A program made the position numbers and the translations under genes. Below the pieces are notes generated by a model. The model saw only the letters and a program-made list of their open reading frames with translations, made no database searches and was not told the origin of the DNA. Below are positions 51,436-62,148 of a stretch of DNA of 64,000 nt, piece after piece. The stretch is taken from NCBI RefSeq assembly GCF_018350175.1, contig NC_058368.1:117616001-117680000 (forward strand), written 5' to 3'. Origin of the DNA: Felis catus (lineage: Eukaryota). Numbering within the stretch: the stretch's first letter is position 1; every line of letters begins with the position of its first letter.

Positions 51436-51646
51436 TTTTTTTTAATGTGTATTTATTTTTGAGAGAGACAGAGACAGAATGCGAGTCGGGGAGGGGCAGA
51501 GAGAGAGGGAGACACAGAATCCGAAGCAGGCTCCAGGCTCTGAGCTGTCAGCACAGAGCCCGAGGCGGGGCTCAAACCCACGAGCCGTGAGATCATGACC
51601 TGAATCGAAGCTGGACGCTCAACTGACTGAGCCACCCAGGCATCCC
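51436..51646 (-). mobile_element. SINEC_Fc
   Basis: Reverse SINE consensus; gttacacat flanks. Confidence 0.88.
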
Positions 51647-52227
51647 ATGTTACACATGTGTTTTGTCTCTCTCCCCCAACCTCAGAGGGAGAGTGGGCTA
51701 CTTCTAGCATGTAGATTTTAATTCTGATATATAAGTCACTCTGACATACACCCCATCTCCACACCCATCTCACTGAGAACCACTGACTTAGAACTCCTTA
51801 GAAGCACTAACAACTTTGTCAGAGCTAAATTCTACAGCCATCAGGCCTTTCTTACTGTGTGTCCTCCTGGTCCGCAACTCTCCCCCATGCTTGTGTCACT
51901 ACTCAGTAGAAGCTCTGTGCATAGCTGGTTCTCTTCCCATATTTCTGCAGACTGACTCTGCTGTCTGCTTCTTTGCTTCCGTCCTTGGTTTTCCCTCCTC
52001 TGACTCCCAGGTGTGGGCATGTCCCCAGATACTGTCCTCAACCTTCTCTTCTCCGTAGGGTTCTTAGCCCAGAAACAGGTTGTAAAGATTTAAAAAATAA
52101 AAATACAAGGTGCCCAGATAAATTTGAATTTTAGACAAATGATGACAATTTTTTAGTGTATTTTTACCTGGCAGTCCTACTCAGAGTGATATATAGTCTC
52201 AACACAAGTTTCTCTTCTTTCTGTTTT

Positions 52228-52340
52228 CTCTCCTCCTCCTCCTCCTCCTCCTCCTCCTCCTCCTCCTTCATCCCCTTCTTCTCCCTCTTCCCCAATCTCT
52301 TCCCCTTCCCCTTCCTCTTGGCCTTTTCCTTCTTCTTTAG
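52228..52340 (+). repeat. (TCC)n and polypyrimidine tract
   Basis: About 13 TCC units followed by a C/T-rich tract. Confidence 0.88.
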
Positions 52341-53811
52341 AATTTTGATTTACACAGCGAGTTTGAAAATCTATCAGTGAACACAAAAATCAAACATATT
52401 GACTGGAAGCATCGTCTGTGCATGAATATTCAGAAGCTGACTGTGTTGATTGGCCTTGTTATATATTCAGCATTTCTGGGTGACTCCAATATCGAACCGT
52501 TCTCACACTGACAGAACCACCCCAGGGGGAAGCCTGGATCACATTCATTCATTAGCTTATTCGGTCATCCAGTCACTCATTTATTTGGTGGAATTCAGCA
52601 TGTTCGTCTCTATTTACAAGGTCAATTTTTTTGGCAAGGAAAGTAGCTCAAGTTGACCCACATTTTCCCTTCCTCTGAACCATTGGTTTGGTTTTCTTTC
52701 TTCACACAGAATCTAATCAACCTAATTCTTGCCTTGCTTCAGAAAGGTTCTTGCAGGAAGGAAAATGAGTCTTCCTATCGTTACATAAATTCTCATGGGG
52801 CTTCCCTTTATAAGTTTATGACAGCCAGGAGTTGAGCCTGGAGCTCTGAGAGAAACAGCCACACACTGATTTATGATGGCAGCTGCTGCTAAATCTCACC
52901 CCCTCTCCTTCTTACAGAGCCATGTTACCTTGGGGTTACAAAACCCTTTTCACAGTTATTCAGGGGAATAATAATAAAATGCCAGGTTGCAAGTATAAAC
53001 ATGATCATTCTGTGCCTATTACTGTAAATCAAATTTTACCTTGCATCAGAAGCACAGAAAACATTTTATGCTGTCAGCCACCTCAAGCCTTTTTAGGAGT
53101 CTATTTTTATATAACCCTGGGATGACCTGAGGTATTGTATGAGCTGCCCCAACCTAAGAAGCTGGTCTCACAGGTGATCTGGCTGTTTCTACACACCCAA
53201 CTGACCATTTCCCTTGAGTGAAGTGTTAACTTGATCTAAGTGTAGCATTGGGGTTAATGATGTGGGCTCAGGGCTCCAGTCGCCTGGATTCAAAGTTCGG
53301 TTCCATAATATACCGTGTGTGTGACAGTGAAAAGTCACTTAACTTCTCTGTTATCAGTTTCCTTAGCTTTAAAATAGGGATGATAATTGAGGATGGCTCC
53401 ATCATCTACTAGGCTTGGGGACAGTGATGGAGGGGAGTCTCTTTCTTTCCCTCTGTATTCTCATTCTCACCTATCATCATGTCATAAAATCTAATCCTGA
53501 TTTCCTTAGGGTTTTCCCTTTTAATTCTTATGGCAAGAACTGTTTTGTTCTCTTTGTATTTCTGCTACAACAAACCTAATTCTTTTATAGGCTACAGCAG
53601 AGTGTCAGATTGGTGAGGGACTGGTCCTAATCTTGAATGTCACCACTGTTTGACATTGGTGAAATCACTTCACCCATTAGTGCCCCAACTTCCTCATCTG
53701 TAAAATGGGGAGACAAGATTGCCTCAGTTATGGAGTCCTGGGTATTTAAATGAGATAATGCACGTAAAGTGCTTAGCACAGTATAGGGCTGGGCACATGC
53801 AAAAAAGCTCA

Positions 53812-53887
53812 ATTATTTATTTATTTATTCACTTATTTATATTTTATTTTAGAGAGGGAGAGAGCGCACGAGTCAGGGAGAGGGGCA

Positions 53888-53923
<36 letters not shown>

Positions 53924-54046
53924 CTTAAGCAGGTTGTATGCTCAGTGTGGAGCCCAACATGGGGCTCGATCCCACAACCCTGGAATCATGAACTAAGCCA
54001 AAATCAAAAGTCAGACACTCAAACAACTGAGCCACCCAGGCACCCC
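53812..54046 (-). mobile_element. CanSINE with (GA)n tract
   Basis: Reverse head gagccacccaggcacccc; aaagctca flanks. Confidence 0.85.
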
Positions 54047-54653
54047 TGGGGAAAGCTCATTTGAAAAATGGTAAAGGACATGAAACCAAAGATACAAAAG
54101 TCTTTTATTTTTATGGAGTCCAAAACGAAATTTTATTACAACACTGTGTCTGGACGCTAAGCATTGAGTCCAAATTATTAACACTGCTTTGAAATTCTCT
54201 CTTCTATTCCCTCCATCCTGTGACTTCTGACATGAGGTCATGACATGATGTCACAATTCACCTCCTGCTCAGATTTGTGAGAATTTCCCGAACTGGTTCT
54301 TAGGCTCCCTTACTTTTTGCATCTGGTAGGTCTCTGACAGGATTCATGGTCTCACCTGTGAGGAATTGAGGTAGGGTTATCATATGTTTTGTTTTTGGTT
54401 TTGTTTCCTTTGGCTAAACATGAATAATAATATTAGTGAGTGACTATAGAGACTCTTCTTCTGTCTTTGCATCTTTAAGGAATATGTTTCTGGTTTGGGT
54501 ATCTATCATAGGGGTTGGTTAGGTTTCTGGTCTGTGACAATATGGAAAATTAGGAGTGGTTATTTGCAATTCAAAAGTTTCCCTTTGGTGGCAGCCAGGG
54601 AAACCCCTCCAAAGCCTTGATTTACTCACTTGGTTTTTCTTCTCTTCTGGGTG

Positions 54654-54846
54654 CAGGACCAGCTGCATAATTTGTGGAGCCAAATGCAAAATGAAAATGG
54701 ACAGCTTCGTATTAAAAAATTAAGAATTTCAAGATAGCCATAGGAGAGCATTAGACCAAGAGCAGGACCCTTGTGAGCCTGAGGCCTTCCTGAAAACAAG
54801 GCCCTGTGGCTTGTACACAGGTGGCTGGCCCCTGAAGCCAATCCTG
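54654..54846 (-). mobile_element. MER45A-like hAT-Tip100 MITE, near full length
   Basis: CAGG...CCTG termini; internal cataatttg...tgcaaaatgaaaatg...aagaatttcaaga; remnant 8-bp TSD tctgggtg/tctggaag. Confidence 0.7.
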
Positions 54847-55064
54847 TCTGGAAGATAGTGGCGGTAAAGACTTTTAGAATCCTGTAGGTTTGCATTAGAG
54901 GACTACCCTTGCAAGTTGCTTTTCTCGGGGGAGAAGTATATGACAAGAGGACACAGGAGCTTATTAGATCATTAGGGCACATTAGTTTGATGGTTTCCAA
55001 GAATTGGAGCCAACATTTTAGCATCCCACTTAAGTGCTGAGAACTTTAGTGTTTTGTACCTAAA

Positions 55065-56570
55065 ACTTTCTTATCGAGATATAATTCACATTTCATAAAA
55101 TTCACCCTTTAAAAGTGTGCAGTCCAGTGGTTTTTAGTATATTCACCAGAATTGTGCAGTCTTCTTTATCTAATTCCGCAGTATTTTCATCCCTCAAAAC
55201 TAACCCCATATCCATTAACAGTCACTTCCCATGCACTCCTGCCTCAGCCCCCAGCAGCCACAAATCTGCTTTCTGTCCCTGTGGATTTGCCATCTCTGGA
55301 CATTTCATATAACTGGAACTATACAATTTGTGGCCTTTTATGTCTGACTTCTTTCACTCAGCACAATGGTTTTAAAGTTCATCAATGTTGTAGTATTGAT
55401 CAGTACTTCATTCCTTTTTATGGCAGGGTAATATTTCATCGTATGGCTATACCACATTTTGTTTATCCACTTATCCAAGGACAGACATTTGAGTTGTTTC
55501 TACCTTTTGACTATTGTGAATATTGCTGCTATAGTGAACATTTATGTACACTATACCCAAAGAAATAGGTACAAACGTAGTTGCATATTTGTGCACGTTT
55601 TTGTGTGAATGTATGTTTTTCATTCTCTTGGGTATACACCTAGGAGTAGAATTGCTGGGTCTTATTGTAACCCTATGTTTAACTTTTTTTTTTTTTAATG
55701 TTTAACTTTTTGAGGAACCGTCAAACTGTTTTCCAGAGTAGATACACCATTTTGCATTTCCAGCAGTGTATGAGGTTTCCTATTTCTCCACAGCCTCACT
55801 AATACTTGTTATCTTTTTATTATAGCCAACCTAGTGAGTGTGAAGTAGTTTCTCATTGCGGTCTTGATTTGCATTTCCTTGATGACCAATGATGTTGAGT
55901 ATCTTTTCATGTGCTTCCTGACCATTTGTATATCTTGTTTGGAGAGATGTCTATTCAGATCCTTCGCCCATGCTACAACATGGGTAACCTTGAAAACGTT
56001 TAAAATTGGGTTATTTGCGGGGCGCCTAGGTGGCTCAGTCAGTTAAGCATCCGACTTCAGCTCAGGTCATGATCTCCCAGTCTGTGAGCTCGAGCCCCGC
56101 ATCGGGCTCTGTGCTGACAGCTCGGAGCCTGGAGCCTGCTTCAGATTCTGTGTCTCCCTCTCACTGACCCTCCCCCATTCATGCTCTGTCTTTCTCTGTC
56201 TCAAAAATAAATAAACATTTAAAAAAAATTTTTTAATTGGGTTATTTGCTTTTTGTATTGTTGAGTTACAGAAGTTCTTTATATATACAGAATATTAGAT
56301 CAACGACTTGCAAATATTTACTCCTGTTCTGTAGATTGTCTTTTCACTTTGTTGATAGTGTACTTGAAGCACAAAAGGTTTTAGTTGTGTTGATTCCAAT
56401 TTATCTGTTTTTTCTTGTGTTTTTTTTGGTGTCACATCTAAGGAACTATTGCCTAATCCAAGTTTAGGAGATTTACTCCTACATTTTCTTTTAAGAGTTT
56501 TATAGTTTTAGCGTTACATTTAGGTCTTTGATCCATTTTGAGTTACTTATGCATATGGTATGAGGTAGAG
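55065..56570 (-). mobile_element. Old LINE-1 3' fragment with a nested SINEC_Fc (+, 56019-56234)
   Basis: Antisense L1 3'UTR/ORF2 sequence; SINE TSD aattgggttatttgc at 56004-56018 and 56235-56249. Confidence 0.88.
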
Positions 56571-57039
56571 GGCATGTGATTATAATTCCCACTCAGTTCC
56601 TATTAAGAAATCATGTGACCTTTGGTAAGTTCCTGAACCTACTTTCAATTTCCTCATTAATAAAGTAGGAATAACAAATAGTATCTAAAACCATAAAGTT
56701 ATGGTGAAGAGAAGCATCCTGACTGCTCAATAAACCTGGTAGTTATTAGTGTTGTAATATGAACAGTGAGTGAATGATTTCATGGAGGAGGTGCCCCAAA
56801 GATGGGCAGCATTTCTGAGAAGTTTGGATGGGGGGAACCTTGCTTACTCTACCTGGAGGAGCAGGTCTGAGATTGTTACAGGAGTGTCTGTCTTGGATAG
56901 AGAACTGTCTCCCTTTCACCTCTAGGGATTGGCAAAATTTCGAATTCCAGGGCCCATCCCAGAACTACGGAAAGGAACCTCCTGGTCACAGAATCTGCAT
57001 TTCTACCCACTTCTCCACAGGCAAACTTAAATTTACCAG

Positions 57040-57790
57040 GCGAGGCGGGGAGAGTGGTGACGGCGATCGCCCAAGCACCGCCGCCTTTGGCCTTCAGGGG
57101 GCGGCAGAGGGACCGGGCGGTCACGGCGGCTGCGCAAGCCCTCCCCTCGCCGGGCCGCCAGCCGGATCCGCGCGGTTCAGCTGACAGCTCCAAACACGGA
57201 AGAGGCGGTGCCGAGCGCCGGTTGAGCCGGGCGTCTCCAGGCCGGGGCGGCGGTGGCGGTGAGCGGACCAGGGCTAGGGCGGAGGGCGGAACTTTTGGGC
57301 CCGGCGCGGCGGGGTGGCCGGAAGCGACGGTGTGGACCCAGCTCCGGGCGCGCGAGGCAGAGAAGAGCTGCCGGGCCGGGACTGCTCAGTGGGCCTGAGC
57401 CTCCCAGACCTGGGACAGGGCGTCCCCAGCCCGGTCCGGCTAAGATCCCAACCCTCTTCCCTCCCGGGGCGCTCAGAGGAGGAAGGGGAAGGCCCAGGCC
57501 CTGTTGGTTCGGGACACCTGGGTCTCGCTCACACCTCACGTTCTTGCAGCGTCCTCTGTGTCCGAGCGCCGGGGCAGGTAGCGAGGCTGGGGCCTGCCCC
57601 CGGGTTGTAGGTGAGTCGTACCAACAACGACTCAGCACCCCGGGTGGTGAGCGGTGGGGACACCCTCGGCGGCGTGCTGATTCCGGAGCCAGGGCTGACC
57701 CCAGCTCGACACTTTGCACGGTGTGGCCTGGGAGAATGAGTAGGATTTTCGCAGGCCGAAGGGAAACCCAGCGGAGGAGGGCTTCCCTCG
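57040..57790 (+). promoter_or_regulatory. RNF14 CpG-island promoter with non-coding first exon(s)
   Basis: CpG-dense; GC boxes; CCGGAAG at 57318-57324; donor-like sites GCG|gtgagc (57259) and TAG|gtgagt (57611). Confidence 0.82.
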
Positions 57791-58597
57791 CTGGTGTAGC
57801 AGTTTCCGTTTGCCGAGACTAATAGTAAACTTAATATCTGTCGGATGGCGCGGGGGTTCGTCTCGTTCCTGGGTTACAGATGAAGAAACAGTGGTCTGAA
57901 CCCAGATTTAGTTACATATTAGCTGTGTGACCTTGGGCCGGAAACGGACTTAAACTGTCATTTTTCTCATCCGTGTAATGCAAATAGAGGACTTGCTGCG
58001 TGGGGCTGTGGGAATCTGCCAGGAGTTAATGCATTTAAAGTGCTTAGCACAATGCCTGACACACGGTAAGAACTCAGTGTTACTTTTCTCGGTGTTATTG
58101 TGACTCCTGCTTCTAGTGGGCTGTAGCAAAGCAGTCACTGAACCTTAGAATTCTGGTCCCCCTTTTCAGCACGCTGCATCTTACACCAGTTCAGTTACAT
58201 ATTTGTCTCCATTGTCAAACGCAAGGCACTGCTAGATGCTGAGAGCAACACACTGATGCAAAAGACTTGAAACTTGCCCTTAAGGAGCTAATGTGGCCTG
58301 AAAGTGTAAGTTCATAAACTATTGTAATGCAGAGTGGGATGTGATAATGTCATAGAAAAGTTACCGTAAAAAAAAAAAAGTTTGCTGGATTTTTAAAGAA
58401 AGACAGGACATCTAATTGAAATTTCTACATAGAATAGGGTCTTTGGAGATGAGTCTTGAAAGCTGAGTGGATAGAATGAAAATGAAATGTAGGTCTGTCA
58501 TGTGAATTAAGGCACTGGGACCTGGGGGCAGCTTCAGAAGGTGGGGTTTGTGTGGTAGGTTTTGAGGAGCTGTGGATGGGAAACTCTGGTTGAAGTA

Positions 58598-58750
58598 GAG
58601 CTTCTTAATCCTAGCTGCACATTAGAATCACCTGGAGCGCTTGGGCAACTACTGATGCTTGATTTAATTGCTTGATTTAATGGCCTGGGTATTGAGATTT
58701 TAAAAAGCAGCTCCCCAGGTGATTCCCATGTGCAGACAAGATGGAGAAGA
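58598..58750. mobile_element. MER5A-like DNA transposon relic
   Basis: gctgcacattagaatcacctggag...ctccccaggtgattc. Confidence 0.7.
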
Positions 58751-59617
58751 GTAACCTAAAACCTGAATCATTATAAAATCATCTCTCACCCCATTTACAA
58801 ATGTTTACACTCGAAGAAACAGAAACTTAATTGTTTAGCAGTAAATAAGGTAATGTGCAAGGACCTAATACAATATGTAATAGGCGCTCAATGAATGTAA
58901 ATTGATTGTGACTTTCATTCTTAGTTTATTTGGGAGTCACATCTGAGAATTTGGTTTCAAAATTACCATTTCTTATAGGATTTTTACGTAAAACTTCATA
59001 GTGTTCTTAGGATTCTCCATAACCCATTTATCGACCACCCTCCACTTCCATTTACTCCCAGTTGAGAAGTCTGGCTCTAAAATTTTCGAAGTAGAGCTTG
59101 AAAGTGTGTGTATATGTGTACCTTTGCACGCTTTTGTTCTGTTTTTAAATATCTTGCTGTCACTTAAATTGACCTAATGTTGAGTGTCCCTAGCAGGATT
59201 AATTTCATAGCAGGTAAGAGGAAGAACTGGAGGGGGATAGAAAATGAAAGAATAGAAAAAGCCAAAGAGGAAGGGAGAAACAAAAACAAAACAAATCCAA
59301 GAAGATGCTTAGATGTTTATTATGAGACATGGTGTGCTCAACTCTCATATGATGTTGGTATTCCACCTTGACTCCTCCCAGGGCTGAGGGCAGTCAGATA
59401 AGGCTTCTCACACTGCTGGGGCCTTGCAAACACTCCTTTAACCACATGGCTCTGTTAGGCTGTCCTAAAGAAAGTAATAGGCAGCTGTAGATTAAGATTG
59501 ACTATATGTTCGATGTGTTTGACTTAACTGGTAATAATGGAACTTTGGAATTAAAATTTGGAGAGGGTCCTGACACCATCTTCTGGGGGTTTTTTTGTTT
59601 TTGTTTTTTTTCTGCAG

Positions 59618-59793
59618 ATGGCAGGATTTCTATAGTGTATCTAGCATGAGTTCCAGATCTTGGCATTTTATCCAGCTTCGACACTCTTATCTCCACCTCC
59701 TGGAGAATAAATGGGATTTGCATGAATTCCACATTCTGAATTGAAAGACAGACTGCATTGCTAATAGCCTTCTCTTCTGATTGTTAATAACAG
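59618..59793 (+). other. RNF14: Probable non-coding (5'UTR) internal exon of RNF14
   Basis: Long T-rich tract plus ctgcag| acceptor at 59617; donor ACAG|gtacta at 59794; 176 nt of unique sequence between the promoter and the first coding exon. Confidence 0.65.
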
Positions 59794-59898
59794 GTACTAA
59801 CTCATCTCAACTAGAATATGTTAGTGTGTTCTGTTTGGGATGGGAATGTAGCTTAAGCAGAACCATGATGATCTGCTGGAAAAAAAAAACAAAACAAT

Positions 59899-60135
59899 TT
59901 TTTTTATTATTTATTTATTTTTAAAAATTTTTAATGTTTATTTTATTTTTGAGACAGAGAGAGACAGAGTATGAACGGGGGAGGGTCAGAGAAAGAGAGA
60001 GACACAGAATCCACAGCAGGCTCCAGGCTCTGAGCTGTCAGCACAGAGCCCAATGCGGGGCTCGAACTCACGGACCATGAGATCATGACCTGAGCCAAGT
60101 AGAACGCTTAACCGACTGAGCCACCCAGGTGTCCC
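59899..60135 (-). mobile_element. SINEC_Fc, antisense in an RNF14 intron
   Basis: Reverse SINE consensus; aacaattttttttt flanks. Confidence 0.88.
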
Positions 60136-60529
60136 AACAATTTTTTTTTAAATGGAATCATTTTAAATGAATTTGTTCAAATTTTGAAGTGTTACCTCTT
60201 ATAATGTCCTAACTTTTCAATTGTGTATGCTTAAATTAAAAAATGTTAGTCAAGAGGGGGCATTTGCAAATCCAGTTATAGTCCAGTATTTTAATTGACA
60301 GAAAGGTAATTTTTTGTTTTAACAAAGTAATTTTCACAGATTCTCATTACATATTTTTCCACACTTAAATTACCTGAAATTGTGGTGCATCTTTCAGTTG
60401 CTGCGATTAAAAAGTATCGATTTTACATTTTAATTGTAGCATATTTTCATTCTTAGTTTCACCTGAAATAATGGTAGACCTTAAAATTATTTTTAATAAG
60501 TCTGGTGGTATTTTAAAAGTTTAATGTTA

Positions 60530-60730
60530 GGGGCATCTGAGCATCTGACTCTTGATAACAGCTCAGGTCATCATCTCCTGGTGAGTGAGATTGAGCTCCC
60601 TGTTGGGCTCTGCACCAACAGTGTGGAGCCTGCTTGGGATTCTCTCTCTCCCTCTCTCTCTCTGCCCCTCCCCCACTTGGGCACGTGTGTGCTCTCTGTC
60701 TCTCAAAATAAATAAACATTAAAAAATAGA
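60530..60730 (+). mobile_element. CanSINE
   Basis: Degenerate head, CT tract, aaaataaataaac tail. Confidence 0.8.
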
Positions 60731-60809
60731 AAAATTTGATGTTATTTTGCTGCTTCCTCAGTTATCTAACCCTCTTATATAGTATCTGTCCCTGTAACAT
60801 TCTCTAGAA

Positions 60810-61225
60810 CAGGGTGTTCTGAACTGGCAGGGTGTTCTGCCCCTGGGGGGCACATTTGACTATGTTGAGGGGGGAGCACATTTGACTATGTTGGCATCTT
60901 GTAGGTTGAAGCCGGGGGGGCGCCTGGGTCGCTCAGTTGGTTAACTGTCTGACTTCAGCTCAGGTCATGATCTCGCAGTTTGTGGGTTTGAGCCCTGTGT
61001 TGGGCTCTGCTGATAGCTCAGAGCCTGGAGTCTCTGCTTCAGATTCTGTGTCTCCCCCTCTCTCTGCCCCTCCCATGCTCATGCTCTCTGTCTCTCAATA
61101 ATAAATAAACATTAAAGAAAAATTTAGTAGATTGAAGCCAGGGATGCTGGTACATATCCTGTAAGGCTCAGGATAGCCTCCTACTACAAAGAATTGTTTG
61201 TTCCAAAAGGTTTGTAGTACCGAGG
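60810..61225 (+). mobile_element. MER20-like DNA transposon interrupted by a SINEC (60914-61126)
   Basis: ggcatct...gaagccagggatgctg...catatcct...acaaagaatt...gaggttga; SINE TSD gtaggttgaagcc/gtagattgaagcc. Confidence 0.72.
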
Positions 61226-61275
61226 TTGAAGAAAACCTGCCCTAGAGACTTTTAGGGATTTAGAAAATTCATTTA

Positions 61276-61610
61276 GGGATGCTTGAATGGCTTGGTTGGA
61301 GGAATTTATGGTTCTTGATCTCGGAGTTGTGACTTCAATTCCCACGTTGGGTGTAGAGATTACTTAAATAAATAAAACTTAAAAAAAATAATAAATAATT
61401 CATGTTTTTAGTAAGTATATTACATATACTTTGACTTTTTTTTTTTTTTTTTTTTTAAGAGTGTGAGCAGAGGAGGGGCCGAGGGAGAGAGAGAATCTCA
61501 AAAGCAAGCTTCATGCTCAGTATAGGGCTTGATCCCATGACCCTGGGATCATGACCTGAGCCTAAATCAAGAGTCAGACACTCAGCCGACTAAGCCCCCC
61601 AGGGGTCCCT
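61276..61610. mobile_element. Two oppositely oriented CanSINEs (+ 61276-61400; - 61435-61610)
   Basis: SINE heads and tails in opposite orientation; tactttgact flanks on the second. Confidence 0.75.
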
Positions 61611-61994
61611 ACTTTGACTAATTTTATGAGCAAGGCAATTTGCTAGGATTGGTGCACAAGTCAGAATAATTTGAAAATTTTAAAAAATTTTTTAGATCAT
61701 TCCTTTTTTCCCTAAATTTCTTATGTCTGTTACAGTCAGCACTTAGAAGCACCACAATCATCATTTTTGAAAAAGCTGTTACTATTGCAAAGGTACTGGA
61801 GTATTAGATATGTCTATCACTTTTAGTTGAGCAGAAGATTGATAATATTGGTTAATTCTTTGCAGTTTTTTGGGTGGAACTTTAACCTTTTTTGGGGGGT
61901 GAGGGTGGGGATTGCCCCTAGATTTTCCCAAACTCTCTGCCTTTTCTATTCTTAACTGGTTTGGATTAACTTAACTTCAGCTCCAGAAAATTAA

Positions 61995-62148
61995 ATGTCG
62001 TCAGAAGACCGAGAAGCTCAGGAGGATGAGTTGCTGGCCCTGGCGAGTATTTACGATGGAGATGAATTTAGGAAAGCAGAGTCTGTCCAAGGTGGAGAAA
62101 CCAGGATCTATTTGGACTTGCCGCAGAATTTCAAGATATTCGTGAGCG
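61995..62148 (+). CDS. RNF14: RNF14 first coding exon (CDS part)
   Basis: ATG at 61995; donor AGCG|gttagt at 62149. Confidence 0.94.

Noticed and set aside
56828..57822. Overlapping 100-190 aa ORFs on both strands (likewise 14130-14912 and 6470-6887)
   Set aside because: Stop-poor GC-rich CpG-island sequence giving low-complexity R/G/P/A translations.
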